64,000 nt of DNA from Trichoplax adhaerens (taxonomy: Eukaryota > Animalia > Placozoa): positions 1,486,280 through 1,550,279 of the forward strand of contig NW_002060956.1 in assembly GCF_000150275.1 (NCBI RefSeq), read 5' to 3'. The position numbers and the translations under genes were made by a program. This document shows, piece after piece, positions 1 through 11,329 of the stretch. The notes beneath the pieces are model-generated. The model did not search any database, was not told where the DNA came from, and worked only from the letters and a program-made list of their open reading frames with translations. How positions within the stretch are numbered: position 1 is the first letter of the stretch; the number at the start of each line of letters is the position of its first letter.

Positions 1-3000
1 CCAATAATTTCATTTCCTAGTAAGAAAGAAGATAGAAGGAAATTATAAAGATAATAGAGATAGTACGATATCTCCGATCAATACAAGGGTGAACTTATGT
101 AAAGATACCAGTACACTAAATATCAAGCATGTACAGGAAAAGCTGAATTGCACGATACCTATGGTTTCCACTACTTTTACATTACATTTCCTTTCTAATA
201 TATTTTCACATTCTGACACTAGATTCGTTATAGAGATTCGATTTTGTTGATGTTTATAATCATGTGCCATTGATATCCACCTTTGTTCAAATGCTGCAGT
301 CGATAAATTAAGCGGTCTAAAAACGGGAAAAGATCACAACGATGAACTTAGTTATACTGCATTACAGAAATTTGTATTTGACTGCAAAGTACCAGTGCTA
401 ACAAGTAATCTTAGTTGAGAATGTGTGTGTTACACTTTAAATCTGATTGTAACGATTAGAAGATGATATATCTTTTATCATTGATTAGATACTCTTTTAT
501 ATCTTACACCGCGCCTACCTAATTACATCGAATATAGAAATAGAATAATTAAAAAAATGACGCTGTAAGGAGTTTGTTACTGGGCTGAAGCAGGATATAT
601 TTCCTGACAAGCTAAGATTTAGCGATGGAATAAGTAATACCAGCTCCAACTCATGAAACGCCTAGATTAGTGTAAAATTACGTATATAATCGATCATAAC
701 ATGCCAACTCTTACAGTAATATAAGTTATCCTAAACCGTATATGTCAAACATTAATCTAGCAGAAATACATACGGATTCGCCGATATCTAAGTTGTCTAT
801 AAAATTGGGGTTTTCCATTTTTTTCTCATTAACGGCACACTGTATATCAGGTTATAACATTATGACATAAAGATACTATAGGTGAAACATTTATCATGCG
901 TAGATCATGAGTATGAAATAATTAAAACAGTCTTAACGATGTTCTACCTGAATACCAGATGACGGTTTAAGGACTGTACTGATTTTATTGTATTGCTTAT
1001 CGGCCTGATTCGCTATGGCTAAAACAATTATAAACGCGTCTTCTTTCCAAACTTTCATGAGAGCAATTCTTAACTTACCAAAAGAGGGTGTTGACTAGTA
1101 ACAGAATTGCGGGAATAATTAAATTGTAATACCGAATACTAGTAAACAATATTTGAATTTAAAGACTCTAGCTAACACTTACCAAGACATCAAGATTGCC
1201 GTGAGGAAATGATAGTAATTCCGCAGGAAACAGTTCGCGTTCAATAGAAATGGTGGAATCAGTTAAATCGTCTAGAGGATTCTGTATTGATCGATCAGCA
1301 ACAGGATTCGCACTCATTGGACTCGGATTATTTTCAAGATCGAGAAGTTGATTCTTTTCGACATCAATTAATTTTTCCAAATATCTACTGTTTTCGTTAG
1401 TATTTAATTGCTCTTCGGTGATCTTTATATTTTCTATAGATAAGTTTATTAGATTAGATTCAGTAGAATTATCGCCAATCAATAAGTCGCTTGCTGGTTT
1501 GGGAGATTCGTATGGTTCCGCAGAGTTAATGCCTGCAGATAACGTGACTTCACTCGCTGTGGTAGAACTTTGATCGTTCACTCTATTTCTTTCATCCTTA
1601 GCCGCCGGTGCTAAAGACTTTATGTCGTCTGAATCAAATCCAACAAACAGAGCTGATGCGATGCGTTTTTTCTCTTCTAATTCATAATTGGGTTTATTCT
1701 GCAAAATCTATATCAATTAAATTTAAACCCTAGATTAAAATTTATACGTGCTTTAACATAACGGCTTTAGTTTATATGATCATCCCTCATTTTACCGTTT
1801 GGCTAGGTGGTTCTTCGATATTGGAAAGATTTTCTTCTTTACTAATATATTACATTATTAATAAGAACGCATGTGTAAGTAACGGCACATCCTGAAAATC
1901 GTTAAGAGAAAGCTTACATTTGTAAATCAATTAATTTTAATGTAGTCATCAAGTACTAACGCTTTCTTTTCGATGTCTTGACCACCTAAAGGAGCCTGTA
2001 TCATATATCCCTCTTTTGTCCATGGACGTTGGCTATAGGGTGATAATTTTCAGAAAAGTATATTCAACTTAGAATTAGGTCTTGCTAGTATTCCTCTCTA
2101 TACACGTATCTACTCACCCTTCTACTTTTTTAGCATTTACATCTTGAGGATTAAATTCTTTTCGATTAAACTCTGTTCCTTCCGGCTTAGAGTAATCATG
2201 AGATGCTATTACTCTTCCTCCGTCATCCTCTACCGGTGTCTCTTTTGAACTAGCGCTAGTATTTACATATGGGTCGAATTTTAAACTTGATCTGACTTTA
2301 ACATCTGGTATCGCCTTTCTCTGATTCAATGTTCGATATGGTAAACTTCCATATGCTAAAGCATTACTTACAAAAGTGTCTAGAAAACCAAGCGAAGGAT
2401 CAACCTAACAATAATTCAATATTGATGATGCAATTAGTATTAGCTTTGGAAGATTACTGGATCGTAATTTACGTTTTATAGGATACAATGTTGATACTTC
2501 TTTGGTATATACCTCAATATCCTCGCAACTTGCATTCACTGGTAGAATTTCACTTCTATCGTTGATATCTAAAGTAATCAATAATTGTAGTGCTTCCTGG
2601 CATCTTTGCTGTACATCCAGATTTACGGAATTACTATGTTCTTCTAAAAAGTTGTGAGTATAATCTGAGACATCATTTGTTCGACTAATCAATTTCATAA
2701 TAGCTGTTATTAAAAGGCAAGAGCAACCAGGATACTGCTTTAAGACGTTCTCAGCTAAGATACACATATTATCAGCAAGATTCATCATTTGTATAGAATC
2801 GACCAAGTACGCGTACTCTCCTAAAACCTAAGTATGATAAATATGAAATAAGTAAATAATAGACGATGTTATTAGACTGTTAGAAATGATCAAATACGTA
2901 TGTTATAGTGAACAAACCCAGGAAATTGCGCGTATTAAGAGAGTTGAAAGTTTTGGACGCTTTAATAACTTAAAATACTCATGAACAGCGTACATACGTA

Positions 3001-6000
3001 GTTCCATATCAGATTGCTCATCTTCTGTCCCTAGAAGGTATTTAATACAAAATTTTAAATAAGATTTACACGTTATATAAGTAATTATTAATAATCTATC
3101 GCAGTTTGAAGTAATAAGCCAATTACAAACCTTCTGCAATTAAACGAAGGAGATTATCGACCATAGTAACAGGTACACAGTCTTTTCCTAGTTCAAATAT
3201 ACTATTCATTGTTTTGATATACCAGAAGCTATCAGGAGCAAATTTTTCAGCAAGCTGACAGATTCTGGAAACCAAATCAGACTTAAAATAGTTGTCTTCG
3301 CTAGATTGCAGATACTTAATCAATTTTTCGGTAATAAATACGATGTTTTTGGGGTTAATCATTCGGCATAGCAGATCCAAAGTCTTAAAAATTTTTGCAT
3401 CCATAGTTTAGGATCGTTAGAATTGTTACGAAACGTTACAAATGATGCAGTAGGATACAGTTACTTACCTTTCGACGTAATGTTTCATCAGGATCGTCTA
3501 AACAATCCACTACTGTCATCTGATGCTCGACGGCAAACAATGGGTTAACTTGAACAATCGATGATAAACCTTTAATCCCTAAAATACCATTTAATACGAT
3601 AATATTGGAAAATAATAAGGAAACTATAAAGCCTTAGCCGATTATAAATGGAACACATTAGACATTTTTAAGTTACAGTTCTACCTATATAACGCAAATT
3701 GTTATTTTCTGAAGACAAAAATTTTGATATCCTATCTGCAGCCTTCTCCAGTAGTTTTATGTTTGGGTATATTGTTGTAGCTGTCTGAACCACCTCATAA
3801 ATGATAGCTGAAACAAATATTTTAATTCTTTTATCTTACACTATTACACCAAGACATTTACCAAAGTGACTCGATCCAAAGTGAACTTACAATATTCAAT
3901 TAAACAATTTGGATTTGCTATCGATGCTAAGGTGTCTATAATAACGGGATATATTTTTTGACTGCAATTAAAATCGTCCATTCCTAAATACGCTAATAGC
4001 CGTAAGAGTTTTATCTGCAACCATGGCATAGATATTCCACGATAATTTAGATCGGACGGTGGCTTATGAGCTAAAAGCTGACGCTGGATGCTTACAAATC
4101 TGTCAATTAAGGGTTTTAAAGGTGCGGGATCTTCCTGTGTAGTCATATTTAACAATTTTAATAGAATTCAGACCTTTACCAAACATTATAATATGAAAAT
4201 TAATAAAACAAGACCAAAGGGTTTGATGGTACCTTGGCTAGGCACAGGTAAGCGGTTATGACCGCCGTAAGAACGCTAAAATCAGAGTCGAATAATATTT
4301 CTTGAAGTTTACTCGCAAGATTAGCGGATTCCGCAGATAAATGATGAAATTTAAGTAAGGCAATAACAGCTCTTTTCCTTACAGCTTCTCTGTGAAATAT
4401 AAAATTATAATCAAAAAGAGAAATTTTTAAAATATACAGTAAAGCTAGTATTAAGTTATGAGTCTGGTAAATGACTACCTCGTATGATTAATTTTCTTTT
4501 CGACAATTTGAATTACGGCAGGCATTGTTTCAATATTAATTAGCATAGCAACGGTCGATAACGCCATACAGTTCTCAACAAAATTAGTACTATTCAAGTC
4601 CTATTGAGATCATTACGCGTAAAATAAATAACTGATACTAAATTAATAAATGTAGTATTCAAAACAGGCAAACCTTTTGCAGCGTATTAATCAATAGAAC
4701 CAGTAGATTATGATCTTCACTTAAAAGACATGATGCAGCCAAGTAGCCTTAATAAGATAACATTCTTTTGGTAAGATGTCAAATTGACAAATACTGTATA
4801 GATATATTTATATACGTAATGTTATCAATCATGTAAAATATATCGTAGTTACAGTAAGATATTCATGAAAGCTTTCAGTGAAGAATTTTAAGATAGAAGT
4901 AATTAAAAAAGCAGGCATACGTGGCGGATTGTGTGATGAAACTGCACATAGCACTAGAATTAGTGAGGTGTAATGTGTGAATGAAGTCGAATATTTATCT
5001 GGCAATACTGTATTCTACTTTTTCAACTAAATGTACATATTGTAACATATCCACAGTGAGGTCAATATTACGAACCGATTCGTTTTTCTTTCATGGAATT
5101 CTGTTGCGTAAATTTGATGGCATGAATATCAGCAAAGGAGACATTGTAATGATGTGTTGTCATAAAGATGATTTCGACCAGGAAATCTTTCATTTCGCCC
5201 TGACGGAAATATTTACATCAATTACTTTTGCTAGCAGTGAAATAATTGTACGCGTATAACACGGAATGCGCATTATATACAGTACTATGAATTATGTATT
5301 CTTTCTGCATGAGATAGCCCCTACAACATACGTTATATACCTTAAAGCACTATCATTAATTCTATAACTTACAACTACATAGATAATATTAGTTTGTATC
5401 TATAATTGTTTTCATTTACGGTAAAACTATACGTACATAACATATTCCTCTCGTGGACTAATGGATATTTGCGAACAAGAACTGGCATTAGCTGTAGTAG
5501 CTAATTGTAATACAAATTACGCATACATTGGAGAACGTTGACAAGATGCAAACAGTTACAAACCTTAATTATAGGTTACTTATGTAATTATCTTATACTA
5601 GGTAAAGAAATAATGAATACAATCTGTACAGTATAATACGATCTAGCATAAACCCTTACAAATTGTAAGCAAATTTCTAGACATGATAAGAGTTCCTTTT
5701 AAAATTTTATTTTTAATATTTGTATAGCAATCCATAGACTTACTGAAGAAATATTTGGTGATTGCATTCGTTCCTTTAGCAATTCGATCTCTGCACATAA
5801 TATTTTATCTTCTTGCTGTACATGAAAACATAAATAACCACTAAGTGCAGCTTGGATATAGTGTGTAATGAAATAGCTTTAGATGTTATAGCATGAAAAA
5901 AATATGTGGTGGCCAACGATAGTATGACAGAATTGTTTAGTAGAGCTAAATATCAAGAAGTTTTAGCACGAAATAACAAGATCAGCAAAGTGAAAGTAAT

Positions 6001-7106
6001 ATACTCTAATCAATCTTGCAAGTTTAAGCACATAGTAAAGACACTACGCATTTAATCATGAGACGTATCTATTAAGCTGATTGTAATAAAAAGAGCCAGA
6101 GATAGGGAACAAGCAATAATGGAGATGGATATATAGCACGCATTTATGTGCAATCTATAGGTCGAATTATTTGTTATAACAAGTTCTTGTGGAGTCTACT
6201 AAGTTAATGGCTTTGATGTCTATTTGTTTAAATTGAACGTGAATACTATATGTAAACAATATCTATTGCGTACTCTACCCTAATCTACGAATTATTATTT
6301 CTATGACAGGCATGATGATTTCGGAAACTCTACGCGTAGAATCTCTATCTAAAACAATTGATTTCCAATTCCATCTACGGTCATACTGAACAACACTTGC
6401 AACTATAGACGACACTATTTACTGACCTATCTGTATCGCTATTGCAGAGTATGTAGCAAAGAAGTTACCATTGCGATTTGGAGTGTGTACGCGTATTGCA
6501 AAGTGTAGCAGGGTCGTCAAAATAGTGCTGTACTTCAACACATAACATTAAAACATATTAAGGTGGGAGAGCTCTAGACTTACTTAGCCTGTTCAATTAT
6601 CATTGAGACACTAACATCCAAAGTTAGGCCTGGAAATATTAAATAGCATGAATATCTGCAGAGCACTGCAGCTAAGATTAGGGTTAGGGCACGATCGCCA
6701 ACTGTATTAGTATGAGTGAGCTACCGACATCTTGAAGCTTGATTAACTATCATCGAAATATCGACGTCTAAAGTCGGATCAGATCGAAAACAATTTAAAT
6801 ACGGTAGATGCAAACAGAAAACTATTGGTTGCTATTATGCTCCAATGGTATGAGTAAGCTGCCAAGTTATAATCGTTCTAGCTGATTTATTATTATTGAA
6901 GTATTGGCGTCTACCATTAGATCTTCATTGAAAGCATCAAGGAATAACGTCAATGGCAGTAGAGAATTGTCACTTACCTGCCTGGATTTGACATCGAGAA
7001 GTTTATTTACCAGAGACTGAAGACTTTTAACAACTGATAAATGTGCTTTGTGATAGTAATGATCGAGTGATAAACCTAGAACTTTATCCAGAGCTCGTTC
7101 AGCCAT
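1..7106 (-). CDS. AP4E1: AP-4 adaptor complex subunit epsilon, multi-exon; 3' end runs off the left edge of the window
   Basis: Spliced minus-strand exons read MAERALDKVLG...KSRQ / QEDKILCAEIELLKERMQSPNISS / GEMKDFLVEIIF...ADIHAIKFTQQNSMKEKRIG / YLAASCLLSEDHNLLVLLINTLQK / ...PWLQIKLLRLLAYLG / ...TLDLLCRMINPKNIVFITEKL...QLAEKFAPDSFWYIKTMNSIF...NLLRLIAEG / ELRMYAV...ISW / ...LPVNASCEDIE / low-complexity hinge (1168-1704) / RPLNLSTAAFEQRW...VVETI / GNEII. These are colinear with human AP4E1 as I recall it (e.g. LAEKYAPDNAWFIQTMNAVF, PVDRSCEDL, RPLKISSDDFGKLW). Introns are GT-AG. Confidence 0.93.
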
Positions 7107-8024
7107 AATTATAATCCAACTTATTTACCATCCAACTAGCCCTCAATCACTGTTCAATTTGACGAAGTCTCAACTTGAGCGTAGTACTAGTATTTCTATG
7201 ACGACAGAACAAGTCCGCCTTGTCCGTCCGTTACGATAGTGTACAAGCTCAGTCTAATGGAGGATATAGTATCAGCCAGCTAGATACAATACAGCTCAGT
7301 GTATAACATCATAATTCCTTCGAAATTTGATAGGATAACTTGATATTCTAATTCTTGAATTCAATAGTTAAGGGGGATATCGGAATACTTGGATAAGTTA
7401 TCATTGCTCATTCATTTGTAGTAAGTACTTATAATATGATGACTTGTATGTAGTCTTATAATACCGTACATGATTATATTGTAAAAGGTGGACTGATAAT
7501 TTATTGTATATACATGCATATGTTGTAACGTAAACGATAGCTATAATAGTTAGTAATTAGATGTATATGTAAAATGTCACGACGCACAAAAGCAAAAGGT
7601 GTAAGCTGGAATATCTATAAATACCCAGCATTTTTAATAAGAAAGTTAGTTACAAATCTTACTCGCGGAGTAAAACTCATTGCTTAAAAACATAACAATT
7701 TCAAATTAACATGATTGACTTTTAAAACTAAACTGATAGATATACGTATATATATATTTATCTGCGTGTGGGTACTTCGCTTGTAATATATCAATATTTA
7801 TCATTTCCTTGAATTTTAACTTGACGGCAGTAAATTTAAAGTGTAATCCATTGCTAATGGTTTAAATAATTGATAATTTCTTAGCTTTTCCGAGATGTGA
7901 GTTATTAAACGTATTGATAAACAATATTTTCATGGTAAAATAGATAAAGCTAGCAATGATTTCTTCTTAATACAGACTACAGTATTTTGAATAATTTGAT
8001 TGATTTTAAAAACGATAGGATAGG

Positions 8025-8335
8025 TATTATCAGGGACTATTAAAAAGAAAGAGACGGGGCAGGAAACGACCACAGTGCAAAATGATGTGGAAGCTTATCA
8101 CTTTTTCGGTCATTCTACTATACGCTACTGATGAAGCCGTATACCATACTGCACAAACTGACTTAGCAGGCTAATAGCAGCTAATTTGGATATCAATTGC
8201 AGACAGTATAGTATATGGATACAGGCATACGATACAGTCGAAATGATCAGTCACATAATCAGCTTCCACATTATTAGTATAGTGAACAACAGCTTCCTGT
8301 CCCGTCTCTTTCTTTTTAATAGTCTCTAGCAGTAT
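8025..8335. repeat. Long imperfect inverted repeat (foldback), MITE-like or hairpin-RNA-like
   Basis: Left arm gggactattaaaaagaaagagacggggcaggaaac (~8033-8067) matches the reverse complement of ~8292-8326, gagactattaaaaagaaagagacgggacaggaagc. Nested inner pairs: aatgatgtggaagct/agcttccacattatt and ccgtataccatactg/cagtatagtatatgg. The centre is near ttagcaggctaa (8163-8174). Confidence 0.85.
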
Positions 8336-9033
8336 TAGTCCACGTATAATGACGATTTTCATTCATTCGATTATTTTGAAAGTGAATTGCTCTACAATAA
8401 AAAACAGCATCTTCCCATAGTCCAAATTTTACAAGAAGAATACTGCTCAATATAATAATAATTAGGCACTTCACCAATGAAGGAAAAATCGCAAATTATG
8501 AAGATACGCGTATTCAAATGTGCCTTCAAAAAGTCAAACTATCGTTTTGAAGCACGAGAGATGTTCTACCGCGTACTGCATCACAATTAGCGGTTTGATA
8601 CCGTATCCTCGATTAGACCAGCATGAATTAATGTTATGTATATCCACATTCCATAGTACTGTAGTTAAATGGAGTGAAAACGCAACCCGAACCCGATCAA
8701 ATAGTTCATTTTCTAACCCCAAAATGAGTGCAATCGCTCTCTATATCGCTACAGAAATTCTTAAGGACACTGGCATACTGTACTGTACAGTACTGTATTT
8801 AGCGGTCCCTAGCTCAATATTGTAGTATTTCCCAACCACGTGATCTGCTATATATAGTCTTGTGATCACAATAATGATCACAAGGCCGTATAGAAACTGG
8901 CCACCTCAATCATTCTGTAGTTGTTAAAAGCATCATAAGCCGTAAAGACTTTGTCCGACTGCCATCGCAACATCATACGACGTGTAAGAGTATATTCTAA
9001 TCCTTCGTCAAGTCTTTCGATCGATCAATCAAT

Positions 9034-10743
9034 ATGAGTGCCAAAGTTCACGTAGAATACTGGTAAGGAATGTCACGATAATACTGTACGACGGTAGTGT
9101 ATTGAATTTCGAATAGATGTCGTTAGAAATTATTCTAGTCTTCCTGTACTGTTGATCCTATCTAGGATTAATGGTGATTTCTTGAGCAGCAATTAGACGT
9201 GACAGTAGTAGCCTTTCATGAGATAGATTTTAATAAGTTATGATAATTAGTTTTAGCTATGATACACTGTTTATGAGGAATTCTTTACTTGTGTAAGTTA
9301 CTACCTCTACAGTATGCAAGTAAGCCCGGACGCTCGTGCAATGAATTCCACGGTTCAATTCTTTAAATGAACAGGGCTTTTCAGAATAGTCACTTTCAAA
9401 ATACAACATCATCATCGTCATTCTAATTCGTCAAGTCTTTACTATCCTGAGGGTCTCTTATCTCTAGTGAGTATCGGTACGCGTTTTATTGATTGCGATC
9501 ACTTTGATTCGCTTGCCTTGTGAATAACAGCCAGATCATAAAAGTGTTACGATAGTACGGTACCGGCTATAAATAGTTAATTTATAAGATATAATAATTA
9601 ATTAGCCGTAGAGAATAACTATTTTCTTCTTATTATTATTGTACTTAGTAATTACTCTTCCTCATCATAACAGTACAGTATATGCACAGTATACAGTATA
9701 TTCGTTCGGTACCATGCCATGCAGTGAGACAATGACGAAGTATTTTTTACGATATCATCGTGATATATTATTATGGCACTGTACTGTTTAATGTGATGAA
9801 ATAAGAGATCCTGAAAATAACTTGCACATTATCCGTATCATTTTATTTATACTGTATATATGAGTACAGTAGAGTGGATGGTTTTATTGCTGATGGAAAT
9901 AACACTGTGCTGCAATACTTTGAAGCGGCAATTTCGTTCGTGATCATTTATACTATAGTGACTAAATATTAAAATTATATACATACGAGTATACATGTGA
10001 TCGCGAATAGTAAAATACAATATTATAGTAATTTAAATTTCATTCCAATACCGAATAAACTCATAGCTATTGTCAACATCTCTCATAGTGGCAGCTGAGG
10101 CTATGTCGGCCGATACAGAGACCTCGCTAGGGATCTAAAGGCCACAATACCTAACCTCCTTGTTGAAGGAGAAACTGGTAGATCTTGTAAGTCTATAACA
10201 CGTGTACACGTATAAACATGCGCTACTTAATTTACTCATATTTCAATATATAACTTGTACATATACTCGTATGTACACTACTTCTTATTATGGTTACTTC
10301 TGACAAATAACAACTCAATCTTTTCGCAGCGAGTTTCGAGGTCACAGTTGACGGAAACGTAATTTTCTCGAAGCTGGAATCGAAAGGATTTCCTGTCCAT
10401 GAAGAGGTGTGTACAGTACATTGATAACATTATACGTGATAGACGCGTGCTTACTGTAGTAAGTAATATCCTCTTCAGGAAATAAATGCAATATTACCTT
10501 CTAGGATTATGTCACTTTATATGGTAAATGTTAATGAATTAGATTATATTTTCCGCAATTGTATCACTATTAATGTACGGTATGTATACAATAATGCCAT
10601 AAACATTGATACACTTTAAAACTTTGTTAACAACACGATTTTTGGGGATTATGCAGATCATCAAAGCGGTTCAAAAATACATAAGTAGCAAAGATGTGAT
10701 GAAAGTAACTGACGTTCAAAAAGAGTCTTGCAATATTTTGTAA
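9034..10743 (+). CDS. MIEN1: Rdx-family selenoprotein, MIEN1 (C17orf37/Rdx12)/SelW2 type, 96 aa, with Sec encoded by TGA at 10096-10098 and a C-terminal CaaX
   Basis: Exons 9034-9062, 10089-10186, 10330-10406 and 10657-10743 (all GT-AG, 291 nt, frame consistent) give MSAKVHVEYCGSUGYVGRYRDLARDLKATIPNLLVEGETGRSSSFEVTVDGNVIFSKLESKGFPVHEEIIKAVQKYISSKDVMKVTDVQKESCNIL*. It has the Rdx signature V.VEYCxxU/C-G, the FEV.V.G..IFSKLE..GFP motif, and a terminal CNIL comparable to MIEN1 CVIL. Confidence 0.93.
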
Positions 10744-10817
10744 ATTGCTACACCAAGGATTCCTTATCTTCGTACCAGTTAATGAACTTTATTACCCTTG
10801 TATGTTACGTATGCATG

Positions 10818-10896
10818 CTATAAATATCCATGATGATATAATTTGAAAGTGGTGTAAGATACCTCAAATTAATATCTGAATTTACTATATTTACAG
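10818..10896 (+). promoter_or_regulatory. SECIS element (type II) in the 3'UTR of the selenoprotein gene
   Basis: Helix I: TAAATAT (10821-27) pairs with ATATTTA (10887-93). Core: ATGAT (10830-34) opposite TGAA (10877-80), giving the tandem G.A/A.G quartet. Helix II: GATATAATTTG pairs with CAAATT-A-ATATC. Unpaired AAA at 10846-48. Apical mini-stem GGTGT-aag-ATACC. The core lies ~90 nt after the stop codon. Confidence 0.88.
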
Positions 10897-11329
10897 TCTG
10901 CAACTACGTTACACTACAGGTATAAAGTTCATCTATACACAAATTAAGTTAGCTCTTCGATTTTTTGCCTTATACATTACTATAGCATCTATTATTTATG
11001 TTAAGCTAAAGATTATTACGTTTTCTAGACTTGGTGAACATTGCCGGTACTGACGTTGCTTCAGTATCACGAAACCATTACAGCTTTGTAAACGTGATAG
11101 TTCTGTTGACACGATAGGAAATATGTAGTGATATTACTGATTACTATTACCAGTTTTAATTTCCGTAGTATTTCTTAAGGAATATTAAAGGCAAATTGCT
11201 ATTAAAATTCAAATCGATGTTATGTAATGATATTTTAAGCTTCAATATCTCGATTTTGTATATAATTATTACCATTGACAAGTATAGTATTTCAACATGA
11301 AAGCTAGGAATAGGAGATCAACTGGCATT

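Noticed and set aside
3385-3469. U12-like motifs (GTATCCT, TCCTAAAC) in an AP4E1 intron
   Set aside because: The exon frame is restored by an ordinary GTAAGT...AAG intron (DETLRRK|TLDLL), so a minor-class intron is not needed.
4981-5259. 92-aa plus-strand ORF
   Set aside because: It is the antisense shadow of an AP4E1 exon (GEMKDFLVE...KRIG).
6678-6689. (TTAGGG)2, and ctaaccctaa at 21141-21150, as interstitial telomere or telomerase RNA template
   Set aside because: Only ~2 units, both intronic, with no pseudoknot or CR4/5 context visible. Better explained as branch-point-like CTAAC or chance.
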